The translations under genes and the position numbers were made by a program. The notes under the pieces are model-generated. The model saw only the letters and a program-made list of their open reading frames with translations. It did not search any database and was not told the DNA's origin. 64,000 nt of DNA from Anthoceros angustus (Eukaryota > Plantae > Anthocerotophyta), in NCBI GenBank assembly GCA_010909165.1, contig VJWM01000063.1, forward strand, positions 248,001-312,000, read 5' to 3'. Each line of letters begins with the position of its first letter. Within the stretch, counting starts at the first letter, position 1. Shown piece by piece: positions 50,601 to 64,000 of this stretch.

Positions 50601-53600
50601 CTTGCAAGGTATGGTGGGGCTGTGCTTATTTTCACTGATGGACCTCAACTGTTGAGTTTCTCTCTGAGGTCCATTTGTCATTGTCCTGAGAGTTGTTCTT
50701 GTGCTCACCTACCGGTAAAGGAGCTTGGTGGCCAAAGAGATGTTCTTATTAGAAAATACTGCATTCGATGGTTGGAAGACTCCACAACTACGCAAGCTGA
50801 AGCCCCCTGTACCCCTGAGTGTACATTAGAAGTGAGTCTCTTAGGTTCTTTCTGGAATTATTTGTGTCAGTGGTGTGCCCTATGCTGTATTCTTTTCCTT
50901 CCCTCCCATGTGTGTATTATCTTGCTCAAAGGACTCCCCTGATTGGGGCCTCTGGGGGTTAATGCCCCTATTGGCGATTGTCATAACTTACAAGTGGAAT
51001 GTTCTCCTTCACAGCAGCCACTCACCTACACAAGATCAGAAGGTGCTTTTGAGATGTATAGAGCATCTATAGCTATGCTTTGGGCACCAGTTGAAGCTGT
51101 AAGTTTGCCCCCTGAAAATTTCATGTCTTTGGTGACTTATATGGGCACATTGGTGCAGACTTTTGCTAATTGACTCTTTGAATTTTTGCAGGATCATGAA
51201 CAAGTGAGGCATGAGTTGCATGCCATTGCAGAGGCTGGTGTAGATGCGCAGGCAGTTGGTGAGGACTTTGTAACCTCAGATCAGACACCGGAAGCAGGTG
51301 GCCTGATGCACATGTCATCTCCAAGAAGAGCTTCCAGTGATGAAGAAGTTCACTCTCATAGTATGCCAGGGGATCTGGTTGGTTTAGGTGCAGCCAGTAT
51401 GATTGCAAAAAAGAAGAGGAAGAAGATACAGAAAGCTATGCCAACAAAGTTCTCAGAAAGCATATCAGGGGCATCTCTTGAACAAACAAGTGCAAAAGCT
51501 GCGCATAGTGACTATAGTTTTGGATCTTCCGTTGCAACCGGGAAGCGATTGTCACCAGGAGGTGCGCCTTCCAGTTTAGTCAGTGTAGGATCAATCCCAA
51601 TAAAGCGACTACGAACTTCTGCAGTAGCTGCCCGACAACGAGCTGCAGGAATTAGTGGCACAGGCTTCTCTGTCGGCTCAGGTGGTTTACTATCTAGAGC
51701 TCGTTTGGCAACTGGATCTAATCATGCACTGCACCAGCAAGGCCTGCTGGCAGCTACACCTACTGTTCAAGGAAACACGCCAATAAGTACTGGAACTGGT
51801 CAGAAGGTGGTCCAGAGTGCTAGGAGCAATCTTTTCCTTTCCAAATCCAAGAAGAGGAAAAAATCAAAACACTTCAGTGGAGCAATCTGCAAGGGAACTG
51901 GAGATGGGGGAGCTGTTGGAAATGTGAACTCCTCTGTGAAGGTAATTAGGAGTTCGCCTCGGGTAGTTGTTGTGTGTCATTTATCTGATAGCTGGAGGAC
52001 ACCTTTGTGCTTTCTAGTTCCGTGGCAATTTGTGAATAACGACTATACTTTGCAGAGGGAGCATCTGAAGCGCAAGGGAGACCACACTCTGTCCCTTAGT
52101 CCAAGTGTTCGGTCTTCTGAACCAAGCATTGAGGGTTTTGGTATGACAAACCACTTGATGGATTCCATTACTTGTACTCAGGTGTTTGCCCTGGTAGACA
52201 AATGCATCAAAGGGTTGTATGCATGTCTTGATGGATATCTTTATGTACAGCACAGTTAATGCAATAACGAGGGTCTGCACCCTGATGGTTGTTGTTTCCA
52301 TTGTCAGAACAGGATTTGAGATTCACATGTCGTCTATGTGCCCTGCAGATACACCTAGTACGCCTGGAGGTCTTAACAAGAAACTGAAAATTGTGAAGCA
52401 AACACCTGATAGCTCTAATGTATCGGCATCAGCTGGTTTCACAGCTCCTCAAGCGGCTGCACAGCTATCTACTGCTTCTTGCAAGCTTGTAAGACAGAGC
52501 TGCAGTCGTGACCGTAGTAACAGAAAGGCCAAACCAGGGAAGGTGAGCTCTTTTAGAAGCTGCAGGAAGTTTGACTGCAGCTTGGATTTAAGGTGATCAC
52601 TGTCTTTGTTGTCGTTCTGGCAGGTTACTTCGAGTCAACCCGGTTCAGGAATTCCGTGGTCTGCGGTAGAGGATCAGGTTCTATGACATTCAGCTAAATA
52701 TTTTTGTTTTATGAGTACAATCGACCAGTAGTGGATTAGCAGAAGCTGACTTCTCTGTTTTGCATAGCAGACAATGCTTCATCTGGTGCAAAGCCTTGGC
52801 ACAAACTGGGAGCTAGTTAGCGACGTACTTCAGTTCAACTCACAACTCAAGGTGCTGCCCTATTGGAACTTGTGGCTTTCTGTCAGAACTTTGTGCCATC
52901 ACGAATGTATTTGACATGTATGTTATGGGATAGTAGGCAACATTACTTATGTTGTTGGTATTTTGCAATGCAGGGCATCTTTCGCAAACCAAAGCATTGC
53001 AGGGAGCGGCACAAAGTTTTGGGAGAACATGCATCAGGAGAAGGTGGAGAAAGTCCTGAGGATTTGAGCGCGCAGCAGCAACTTTCTGCAGTACAAGGAG
53101 CATCAAAGGTATATTGCTCTTGGATTTGGTAGTGCCTTTTTTGACAAGGTAGCAGGCAATTTCTCATTACTTTGATACAGCTGTATATGAATGTCCCTTT
53201 CGTTTGTTGCAAGGAAACCGGACCAGGCTGTGAGCAAAGAGCTTAAAGTGATTCTGGTTGTTTGGCTTGCAGGGGCTTTTGGAAGATTCTGGAAAATTGC
53301 ATTTTGAGCAAATTGTGCACCTAGTGGAAAAACACCGGTTGTACAAGATGCAGGTAAATGACTTTTGACCTGGAAATGATTGAAGACAGATGGCAAACTG
53401 TGGACTTTGACCTTTTGAATATGTGATGTTGCTGTTGCCCTTTATAGATCATGTTTGGACAAATGTCGCAGAATGCTACTCAAGGGCAAAAGCAGTTTGT
53501 TCAAATTCATCCCTCCCACGCGAGTATTATGGCCCAATATTGTGGAATCACAGGAATCCCTTCCACGTAAGCAGTGAAACAATTTAGAGATGCTACGGAT

Positions 53601-56600
53601 CATTTGGTGAGTAGGTTGAGGAGTAATCTGCAATACCTGCAACCAGTGTCTCACTGCAGTCTCTGCCACCTTCCCATTGCAGTCCTTTGGAGTTGTGTGA
53701 TGATGGAGATATGACGGCTCAGCAATTCCAAATGCAGCCACAACACGGTATTGGGCTGGGGCTGCCCAACGTGCTGTCAGGAGGTGCCAACTCAAGGCCT
53801 GGATCAGCGGGCATGCCTGGGTTGGCAGGTCTGCAGCTGAGCCCCCCAGTGACTCCCTCTTCAGTGACCATCCATTCTTCAGTTGCAAGGTACGTACTTG
53901 CCCACCCTTCTGGAGTGGACAGGTCCTGTCTACGGTTAAGAAGCCTTGTTTCAATTGCTGCAAACCCTAATAGCTTGGTGAAGTGACTCGTGATGTTGAC
54001 AGAGATGGTCAGCGGCATGCCCCAGTGAGGCCGATTATGCAAGATGAGGCAAATCAAATACGTTATGCTCGAGCGCCTTTGCATCGAGGCCTTCCTCAGC
54101 CAGGGACATCAGTTACTACTGGCTTGGCTATGATTGGACCAAGTGATTGCATGGCTCCAGGTTTACCTGCTGGTGGGGCTCCTGGTATGATAAGTGGACT
54201 TAAGAGGGGGATGTCCTTACCGCGGCCAGGACTTTCCAGTCTTGGCCCTGGCTTAAATTCAGCAGGCCTAGGTGGTATGCTTCCTCCTGGTGGCATTGGC
54301 ATGAGCACTGGCATGAATCCTGGAGCTGTTTCTGGTCAAATGAGTCTTGCAAGGAGGCCTAGAGATTCAGTGCAACTGCGGGTAATATTTCCTGTGGTGT
54401 GGCTCTGCTATATAGTAGTACTTAATAGAGATTCTGCTAAGTTTGTCTGCCTTGTGGTTGTTTGCACATTCATTGATTTCAAGGTTTTTTTCTTGGGATG
54501 ACAGTCTGGCAGATCAACTGAGGAACAAAGGCAGATTTTGTTACAAGAGCTTCAGCATCAAGCTGTGCAGGGTAACCCTCAGGCAGCAGCAGCATTGAGC
54601 AACTTCAACAACTCTCTGTCCACTGCATTGATGTCTCCACCACCGCAAAATTTTGCCCAACAGCAACAGCTACCATCACCCCGTGCTCCAGGTATGCAGC
54701 ATCAGCAACAACAAAGTCAGCTTCAGCACTCACAGCAGCAGACCCACTACTTTGCTGTCCAGGCAGCTAAAGAGAGGCAAATGCAGCAGCAACAGCAACA
54801 GCAACAAAGGATGCTACATCAGCAGCAGATCAGGCAGAACAGTAGCATTCAGTTACCGCAGCCACCGTCATCAGTTGCCCAGCAGCAGCATCTACAGGGT
54901 CACATGCATCCTCAGCAGTCTCATATCTTGACACTGCAGCAACAGGTGGGCCCCCAGCAGATGTCAATTCCACAGCAGCAGCTGTTGCCCCCTTCCTCGA
55001 TGTCAGCCTCTTCGCTGCAGCATCCATCACCCCCTCATCTGTCCCTACCATCTCAGGTTGCAGCATCACCTGCTTCGCATAGTGGTCAACAGCAGGTGCA
55101 ACAGGCTGCTTCTGCTGATCAGATGTCACATCTTCTTCAAGGCAAGGTACCATCTCCGAAGCAGGCACAGAAAAATCAGCAAGTGCTCTTGCAAGCTCAA
55201 TCAAGAGTAGTGAAAAGTTCGAGTCGTGGTGCTTCTATGGTACAAGGGCTCACAGCGTCACAAGCTGCTTCCCCGAGCGGGCTCTCAGGGCATGTGACAA
55301 TGCCTCCACAAGTGCCTTCTCAGCAATTGCCTCAAATACAGGGACAAAGGTCACTGCAGGTTCAGACTCCAATACAGCTTGGGAAGCAGGCCTCACAACA
55401 GGCTTCAGTGGGTCAGTCAACAGGGAAATCACAGTTACAAGGTCAAAGTCAAGGTCAAGGTCAAGGTCAACGTCAAGTTTCTGCCCAGGTTGTGACGCCT
55501 GCAGCTCTGCAGAAGCAGCAACAGCAGCCGCCCCCCCAGCATCAGGTATCAGCCACATCAACTAACAAGCAGCAAGGAGCAGGGAAGGTACAAGCAGCAG
55601 TGGGGCCAGTTGCATCAGTGGCACCACCAGTAAAGCGAGCTGTGGGACAGCCAGCACAACCATTACCATCTTCATCAGCCCCAGCAGCAACACCGGGGCC
55701 ATCACCCCCACTGCCGCCGCCACCACCACCACCTCCTATACTTGGCACTCAGCCCCAGTCCAATGCAGCTTTGGTGCAGACAACTGGTCCACCCCAGTCT
55801 CAACAAGCACAGCTGCAGAATGCTCAGCGGAGGCTACCCCAGCATCAGCAGGCTGCGTACCGCAGGTTGCCACTGCGGCAGCCTGCCACTTCCTTGGTTC
55901 AGCCTCCTCCAGTCCCGCTGCCCTCCCAACCTATGCACGCACCTGGCGTCATGAATCCTTGCCTGCCCTTGTCTTCATCTTTTGGTTCAAGTAGTCCTGG
56001 AATGCAAGGTGTGCAATGGAAGCCAAATCAGCCTCTGTCTCCGGTGTCAGGCAGTATGTACCAGTCAAAGAGAAGTAGCAGTAGTGGCACAGCAACCAAC
56101 ACGTCACCAGTGCAGTCTGCAAGTGCAAATTTGGGGGTGTCATTATCGAGTCCGACCTTGCTAAGTCATGGATCCGGGGCAGGTGGTGCAACATCACAGC
56201 AGCTTTCATCAGGACAGGGAGGAGCAGGTCATGGACCTGTTGGAGGTGGTGCAGGAAATGCTAGAGGTGGACAGCCAGTAGGTCAGCGAGCAGAATCAGT
56301 GTCAGCTGATCCACATGGTGGAACGGTGGCTGTGAAAAGTCTGGGTTCAGGGTCAGTCAGAGCTTCATACTCACCGGCTCCAGCAGTTCCTGGTGCTCCA
56401 CTGGTGTCCACAGTGGGTGGAGGAGCTTCTTCTGGAGCTTCAACATTTCAAGGGAGCCCTTCTTCAGGGTCAGCTCCGACATCGTCTGGGATGCGATATG
56501 GAGTGCAGGTAAACGTCTGGGTGCAGTATGTTTTGCCTGTCTTGTTTGTGTGTGGGGGCAATGGGAGAGACAAAGGTGAAGGGTCACAGTAGTCGTTTTG

Positions 56601-56835
56601 AATAGGAACCTGCACATCTTTGAGATGATAAAAGATGGTGAAAGCAATGAGACTGATAAAGTCAATTTCTACACAGACCCGAACACCTCTCTCACATTTT
56701 CCTACAACAGGTGGAGTCCTGCAGAAGCCCGGGGTCTCAATGACATCAGCTGCTATTAATACAGCTTACATGTCCGCAGCAGGTGCAGTTGTGCCCCCAG
56801 CTATGGGGTCTCAAGGTCCTGCTGTGGATGAATGA
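47675..56835 (+). CDS. EAF1: Chromatin modification-related protein EAF1 (NuA4 scaffold; HSA, SANT/Myb, Q-rich C-terminus); 3' end approximate
   Basis: N-terminal AIEKAQAELR..REERRRELEFLEKGGNPLDF. HSA SHWDYVLQEMTWMANDFMQ|ERSWK (~50170-50350). SANT PWSAVEDQ..GTNWELVSDVL..GIFRKPKHCRERHKVL (52650-53030). Poly-Q/P exon 54538-56508. Confidence 0.9.
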
Positions 56836-58019
56836 GCGTAAGGCGGCCTTGCATTGGGAGTTGTAGCCGCTCTCAACCCCTATGAAAGGAGGAGGTGGTG
56901 ATGCAGATCAATGATTTTGGGGATAATTGGAATGGGGGGAAACAGCCCCTGATTTGACAGTAGTACTAGATGCTGCTTTTTGTTCTGCGAAATGAGGGTT
57001 AAGCAAATGAGTTGCCATGTAGTGGTCAATAGTGATTTTGCTGTTTTCTTGGCGAGGTGGTAGCCACCCTTGACAATGAGCGGCTTTTGCATGACCTTGT
57101 TTTTTTAGGGGCCCTCACCTCCTTGCCAGGACGACGATGCCCAACCCCCTCCAGGGACTAATACATCCAGTAGAAGTGGATCACCTTGTCTAATACATCT
57201 AGTAGCAGTAACACGGCTGGCTGGAAAGTTGTGGTCACAGCCAACAAAAAAGGACCAAAGTGATGTCCCTGATCAATAGAAGAAAATTTCCATTCATGTC
57301 AACTAAGGATTGCTGAGTTGAAGTGTCCGAATAATCAATGTTGAGAGTATTGTACATCAGGTATTGCAGGGAGTGGGAAAAGTGTGATTTATCTCTTGAG
57401 GTAAACAAGAGAGTTGCTTACATGTGGCCCTTTCCCTCTCCACAGCTATGTAGATAGAGATGCGATGAGACTTGTAGTATCGTAACTTCCAGCTTGGAAT
57501 AGGAGGTGTGAGAGTACATGATATTTGAGTTAAGCTAAGCTATGGAATGACCTGCGCGCCCATTCTCGACTTATTGGGTGTTTGTGTTGGGATTGAGATC
57601 ACGAGGTGTTTGTGTCTGGGTATGTGTTTTTGTTTGTGTTGGGGGTGAGGTTTGGTCGTTACCAGCATGCGCTTTCCGAAACTCCATGACGTGTTCGAGT
57701 CGGGGTTTGTTTGGTGTTATACGACATGTGCTTTTGACTTGACATCCTTCGTGCACGTGGCCACCCACCAGGGCTGTCATTTTGAAGCGGTCTTTTTGCC
57801 GGTCCCGGTCCCAATACACATGAAACGAAACCGGGGACCGGTGATCCCCAGAAATTGCCGGTCCCGACCTCGGAACATTACAAGGAAATTAGGGATCATG
57901 GTTTTACTTTAGGACATACCCATGTTCTTGTCATCGTATGCTGATTTAAATTTATTAAAACATATTTATCATTAATAAACGTGGAGACTTTATAAACATG
58001 CAGAGATGGGAAGTCTCAT

Positions 58020-58430
58020 CTAGAGGACCTTAGGCCAAGAGGGACTAGGCCCGCGAATGTCTATAACCTTTTAGAGGACCTTAGGCCAAGAGGGACTAGG
58101 CCCCCGAATACCTACTCTAAAGCTACCTACTGCTCCCAATATGTCATAGTCTGGAATAGGGAAGGGCCCACTAACCACTGGAGCTGAAGATGCTGCATTC
58201 TCCGCATTCAAAGTTGTCCTGAAAATTGCTTTTGTCCAAAGCAATGGATACTTGTTGCCAGAAGAAAGCCACCGCACAGGAAACAGGGAGACCTACCCCG
58301 TTCTTGCGGATGTGGTATGCTTTAGCACAAGCCTTGATAAACCTGAGAAGTCCTTGCCTAGAGCCCCGTGAGTCTCAATAACAAGGGGGATGAAAGCATG
58401 ACCTTCTTGCTTGGGGTTGTGGACAAGGGA
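58020..58430 (-). mobile_element. Second CRE-like non-LTR 3' fragment with duplicated 3' unit
   Basis: HAFIPLVIETHGALGKDFS is homologous to the 29.4-kb copy. tagaggaccttaggccaagagggactaggccc occurs twice (58021, 58072). Confidence 0.6.
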
Positions 58431-59032
58431 CGAATGCTTTGACCTCCCTTCTAGTCAGTTTATAGGAGTTTTCTGTTTTTTTTGTGAGGATTTGTGTGTT
58501 AAAATAAAGAATAAGCGTGGATAATGAGGCCTATCTGGCCAACTACGCTGCGGGATGGCAACTTCACTTTAAGCAAGATCCGGAGGAGGTCCTATGGAGA
58601 CGAGAAAGGTAAGTTCGAAGGAGTAGGTCGTAATTACGGAAGGTCGACATGTGGATGGTGGCATAGGGCCAGTCTGACATGCAGGAGGCCAGGGACATAG
58701 ACTTGCCAAAAGCCATGATAGGCAAGTAGCGTGGTAGTCACGACCCGAGGGCAGGCGCCCAAGAAGGTGGAGGGCATGAAAGTGCGGTACAAGATGAGGC
58801 GATCCGGGCCACGAAAAGACATCTTCCGCTGATGATTACGCCCCAGTGCCTAGGAGAAGAAGGAGACCCCGGACTTAGTGCCTTGGCAGTTCTCTCAATC
58901 TCGCGCTTTGTCCACGGCTCTGGCGTTTGCTCTCCAGTCAGGCAGCTCCGACTTCGAGGGCTCGGGCCTTCTCAAACAAGGTCTCCTTAGGACTAGTGAC
59001 ACACTCCACTTCAAGAAGATGGGCAAAAATTG

Positions 59033-59905
59033 TCAGCAAAATTTACGGACGCGCGCGTCCACCCTTCCTCTCTTCGTTGAACCTCGCCTGGCTCCCCCGG
59101 CCTTTCTCTTCCTGCTTGTGGCAACCTCTTTTTGCTCTTCTGAACTGCCCGTCGCCACGGACTCCCAACTGTCAGATCCTTCCTCTATCTCCTCCTTGGG
59201 CTCTTCGGCCTTCCACTTCACCTCCCTAACTGGCTTCCACATGTGGAGAGAGGCCACAATTTCTACCTCATGCATACAGTTAGAGTGTGCATACAGGTGA
59301 ACCACGAATGGCGAAATTAGAGAGGGACGAGAGGAAGAGGAGGTCAGATTCAACCTCTCCTCACACAGCTTGTCAAAAAGAATCCGGCCCCAATCAATTC
59401 TTGTGCCCTTGACAACTTCATGGAGAAAAAGCAGCAAATGGTCAGACAAATAATCTTGCTTCTTGTGCTGTAGGAAGCAAAGAAGCCATCTGGCCAGTCC
59501 CATCAGCTGTGCGGATACCAATTCTCGGGTCAACCAGCCATTGGGTTCCCGAATTACGCCCGACTTGACCAGAGCCGCTGCTGCCGTTGTTGTGCTCCTC
59601 TTCCGAGAGGGTTCAATCACCAATCCACCCGCTTCCTCCTCGCTGCACCCATACACTTTCCTGACCAATTCGATGTCCCAATCCTGAGGCTTCGCTCTAA
59701 TTCCTTCGCCGATTGCTTGTCCTTCTTGGCGAGCACACCCATCACCCCAGCTCGGGATGGAAACGTTGATTTTGATGGTTTTTAGGAAACGGGTGCTGAA
59801 AATACCACGCAGAGCACACCCAAAATCATTCCCCTTCATCAAAACTTGAATTTTATTGGCAATATTTCCACACCTCAATGTATCATGGTTAAACAAAAGA
59901 GCCAT
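59033..59905 (-). CDS. Plant transposon-associated accessory protein (PMD/putative plant transposon protein-like)
   Basis: 290-aa ORF with GTRIDWGRILFDKL...SPFVVHLYAH motif followed by an acidic/basic tail, as seen in retrotransposon extra ORFs. Confidence 0.5.
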   Translation of the reverse strand: MALLFNHDTLRCGNIANKIQVLMKGNDFGCALRGIFSTRFLKTIKINVSIPSWGDGCARQEGQAIGEGIRAKPQDWDIELVRKVYGCSEEEAGGLVIEPSRKRSTTTAAAALVKSGVIREPNGWLTRELVSAQLMGLARWLLCFLQHKKQDYLSDHLLLFLHEVVKGTRIDWGRILFDKLCEERLNLTSSSSRPSLISPFVVHLYAHSNCMHEVEIVASLHMWKPVREVKWKAEEPKEEIEEGSDSWESVATGSSEEQKEVATSRKRKAGGARRGSTKRGRVDARVRKFC

Positions 59906-62900
59906 TTGAGGAGAAAAAGTAGGGATCCTTATAAATTTGTGTCTTGCAAGCTAGTTTATTTATTTAGGCTTTATTTCAATCTGTGTCACTTTTTGGGAGA
60001 CCTTACGACAAAAGCTACTTGTACAGGAGAGGCCTATGAAAAAGCGTAGACCATCATGTAACACAATCGGAGAGAATGCATCACTAGCAGGCTCACAGTT
60101 TCAGGCCCTTCCTCGTATCCATGTAAAAAACATGGAATAATATTATTCAAATATACCTCCCCAAGGTACATAGTACCAGCTGTTATATACATTTCTCACT
60201 AATAAATTATTGGAAAACAGATATGGTGTAGTTCACATATAACCGCCCCTTCAGTCCATGCCATGTGACCTTGACCGTTGGTCACAGCCACCGGCTATCT
60301 GGTGACGAAGAAAACATTCACGCATCAGGTGTTCCTCAAACTCAAACCCCTCAGGGACTAATACATCCAGTAGAAGTGGATCACCTTGTCTAATACATCT
60401 AGTAGCAGTAACACGGCTGGCTGGAAAGTTGTGGTCACAGCCAACAAAAAGGACCAAAGTGATGTCCCTGATCAATAGAAGAAAATTTCCATTCATGTCA
60501 ACTAAGGATTGCTGAGTTGAAGTGTCCGAATAATCAATGTTGAGAGTATTGTACATCAGGTATTGCAGGGAGTGGGAAAAGTGTGATTTATCTCTTGAGG
60601 TAAACAAGAGAGTTGCTTACATGTGGCCCTTTCCTCTCCACAGCTATGTAGATAGAGATGCGATGAGACTTGTAGTATCGTAACTTCCAGCTTGGAATAG
60701 GAGGTGTGAGTACATGATATTTGAGTTAAGCTAAGCTATGGAATGACCTGCGCCCATTCTCGACTTATTGGGTGTTTGTGTTGGGATTGAGATCACGAGG
60801 TGTTTGTGTCTGGGTATGTGTTTTGTTTGTGTTGGGGGTGAGGTTTGGTCGTTACCAGCATGCGCTCGAAACTCCATGACGTGTTCGAGTCGGGGTTTGT
60901 TTGGTGTTATACGACATGTGCTTTTGACTTGACATCCTTCGTGCACGTGGCCACCCACCAGGGCTGTCATTTTGAAGCGGTCTTTTTGCCGGTCCCGGTC
61001 CCAATACACATGAAACGAAACCGGGGACCGGTGATCCCCAGAAATTGCCGGTCCCGACCTCGGAACATTACAAGGAAATTAGGGATCAGCGGTTTTACTT
61101 TAGGACATACCCATGTTCTTGTCATCGTATGCTGATTTAAATTTATTAAAACATATTTATCATTAATAAACGTGGAGACTTTATAAACATGCAGAGATGG
61201 GAAGTCTCATCTAGAGGACCTTAGGCCAAGAGGGACTAGGCCCTGAATGTCTATAACCTTTAGAGGACCTTAGGCCAAGAGGGACTAGGCCCCAGAATAC
61301 CTACTCTAAAGCTACCTCGCTCCCAATATGTCATAGTCTGGAATAGGGAAGGGCCCACTAACCACTGGAGTCAAGATCTGCATTCTCCGCATTCAAAGTT
61401 GTCCTGAAATTGCTTTGTCCAAAGCAATGGATACTTGTTGCCGGAAGAAAGCCCTTGACAGAAAGCAGGGAGACCTACCCGTTCTTGCGGATGTGGTATG
61501 CTTTAGCACAAGCCTTGATAAAGTCCTTGCCTAGAGCCCGTGAGTCTCAATAACAAGGGGATGAAAGCATGACCTTCTTGCTTGGGGTTGTGGACAAGGG
61601 TGAATGCTTTGACCTCCCTTCTAGTCGGTTTATAGGAGTTTTCTTTGTGAGGATTTGTGTGTTAAAATAAAGAATAAGCGTGGATAATGAGGCCTATCTC
61701 GCCAACTACGCTGGGATGGCAACTTCACTTTAAGCAAGATCCTGAGGAGGTCCTATGGACGAGAAAGGTAAGTTCGAAGGAGTAGGTCGAATTACGGAAG
61801 GTCGACATGTGGATGGTGGCATAGGGCCGATCGACATGCAGGAGGCAGTGCCAAAAGCCATGATAGGCAAGTAGCGTGGTAGTCACGACCCGAGGGCAGG
61901 CGCCCAAGAAGGTGGAGGGCATGAAAGTGCGGTACAAGATGCAGGGGGGGCGGCAGTTACTGGCCACGAAAAGACATCTTCCCGCGCGATGATTACGCCC
62001 GCCGCGCTGCAGCTAGGAGAAGAAGGAGACCCCCAGACTTAGTGCCTTGGCAGTTCTCTCAATCTCTCGCGCTTTGTCCCCTGGCTCTCTGGCGTTTGCT
62101 CTCCCAGCGTCGAACGCTCCGACTTCGAGGGCTCGGGCCTTCTCAAACAAGGTCTCCTTAGGACTAGTGACACACTCCACTTCAAGAAGATGGGCAAAAA
62201 TTGTCAGCAAAATTTACGGACGCGCGCGTCCACCCTTCCTCTCTTCGTTGAACCTCGCCTGGCTCCCCCGGCCTTTCTCTTCCTGCTTGTGGCAACCTCT
62301 TTGCTCTTTTCGTCGCCACGGACTCCCAAGCTATCGGATCCTTCCTCTATCTCCTCCTTGGGCTCTTGACCTTCACTTCCTCCCTAAGCGGCTTCCACAT
62401 GTGGAGAGGCCACAATTTCTACCTCATGCATACAGTTAGGTGTGCAGAACCACGAATGGCGAAATTAGAGAGGGACGAGAGGAAGAGGAGGTCGATTCAA
62501 CCTCTCCTCACACTTGTCAAAAGAATCCGCCCCAATCAATTCTTGTGCCCTTGACAACTTCATGGAGAAAAAGCAAGAAATGGTCGGACAAATAATCTTG
62601 CTTCCTTGTAAGCAAAGAAGCCATCCCGATCCCATCAGGTGTCAGGATACCAATTCTCACTCAATAACATTGGGTTCCCAATTCTGACTTGACCCGAAGC
62701 CGTTGTTGTGCTCCTCTTCCGAGAGGGTTCAATCACCAATCCACCCGCTTCCTCCTCGCTGCACCCATACACTTTCCTGACCAATTCGATGTCCCAATCC
62801 TGAGGCTTCGCTCTAATTCCTTCGCCCGATTGCTTGTCCTTCAGCTGGCGAGCACACTCCTACATCAGTCCCAGGCTCAGGATGGAAACGTTGATTTTGA

Positions 62901-64000
62901 TGGTTTTTAGGAAACGGGTGCTGAAAATACCACGCAGAGCACACCCAAAATCATTCCCCTTCATCAAAACTTGAATTTTATTGGCAATATTTCCACACCT
63001 CAATGTATCATGGTTAAACAAAAGAGCCATTTGAGGAGAAAAAGTAGGGATCCTTATAAATTTGTGTCTTGCAAGCTAGTTTATTTATTTAGGCTTTATT
63101 TCAATCTGTGTCACTTTTTGGGAGACCTTACGACAAAAGCTACTTGTCTGAGAGGCCTATGAAAAGCGAGACCATCATGTAACCACATCGGAGAGAATGC
63201 ATCACTAGCAGGCTCACAGTTTCAGGCCCTTCCTCGTATCCATGTAAAAAACATGGAATAATATTATTCAAATATACCTCCCCAAGGTACATAGTACCAG
63301 GTGTTATATACATTTCTCACTAATAAATTATTGGAAAGCAGAATGGTGTAGTTCACATATAACCGCCTTCACCCATGCCATGTGACCTTGACCGTTGGTC
63401 ACAGCCACCGGCTATCTGGTGACGAAGAAAACATTCACGCATCAGGTGTTCCTCAAACTCAAACCCCCGTTTCCGCTACAGACTTCGCGATAGACCATGG
63501 CTTCCACACCGTCGGTTAAAAGTTGACATATCTACAAGCATTTGAATGCCGTCCCCCATTCGCTTAACTGTAGAGTTCTTATGTCATTGCTATCCAACTC
63601 ACCCTACTCCGGTTGTTAGACTATTAGTGGACTGAAGAGTATTTGTATGCAATTTAGACATGCATAGATACTTAGAGGTTTTAATAATCACGATCTAATC
63701 AAACGGGGTGCGTTAACCTTGATTAAGGGTTTTTGACCTAGCCACTAACCGCCTGTAGTGCATGCCTGGACACACTCGATCCGGACGGAGCTACCAACCA
63801 GCAAGTCCATCGGAGCGAATTCAAAGTCCTGACCAAGAGAGAGAAGTACGAACACCTCGATTTCGGTACCAGCGAAGGACGCGGAGGAACCCAGCGACCC
63901 AATCAATAATCTTTGAAGGATCTGTGAGTGGCAACACACAAGACACGTTAGTGCCGGACAACTCAAGCGACGAGGAGGACTTGTCTCTTGGAGTCGCCAA

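Larger units (their letters stand above)
57151..63467. repeat. Tandem duplication (57151-60350 / 60351-63467)
   Basis: Same sequence twice, junction at AACCCC microhomology. The second copy is heavily indel-damaged. Confidence 0.88.

Noticed and set aside
57768-57880. hAT-like terminus (CAGGGCTGTCAT followed by GGTCCCG motifs)
   Set aside because: No matching inverted end or TSD found in the window.

Overview
Eukaryotic, intron-rich nuclear DNA from a seed-free land plant. The PGQSWWTD 'WW-type' PLS-PPR protein points to a hornwort such as Anthoceros (inference). Host genes: chloroplast PNPase (minus, ~18.6-24.5 kb, with a 19-aa repeat tail), a disrupted LIN37 (minus, ~31.9-34.5 kb), a PLS-class PPR E+ RNA-editing factor (plus, 38.0-40.6 kb) and EAF1 (plus, ~47.7-56.8 kb). 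Between them lie mobile DNA: an LTR-retrotransposon gag/PBS/LTR, CRE-type non-LTR fragments, an L1-like remnant and a fold-back MITE. The two most interesting items are (i) a ~7.9-16 kb module in which a Sola-like DNA transposase sits divergently from a decayed ParB/Srx-domain plus beta-class N6/N4 DNA-methyltransferase gene, suggesting a transposon carrying its own amino-methyltransferase, and (ii) a 3.8-kb AT-rich element bounded by 28-bp direct repeats with tyrosine-recombinase/Crypton-like hints. Caveat: much of the window consists of tandem pairs of one clean and one indel-riddled copy, plus a microhomology-joined mosaic at 34-38 kb. This looks like long-read assembly artefact, so many frameshifts and copy numbers are not trustworthy. 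All family assignments are by eye, with no database search run.
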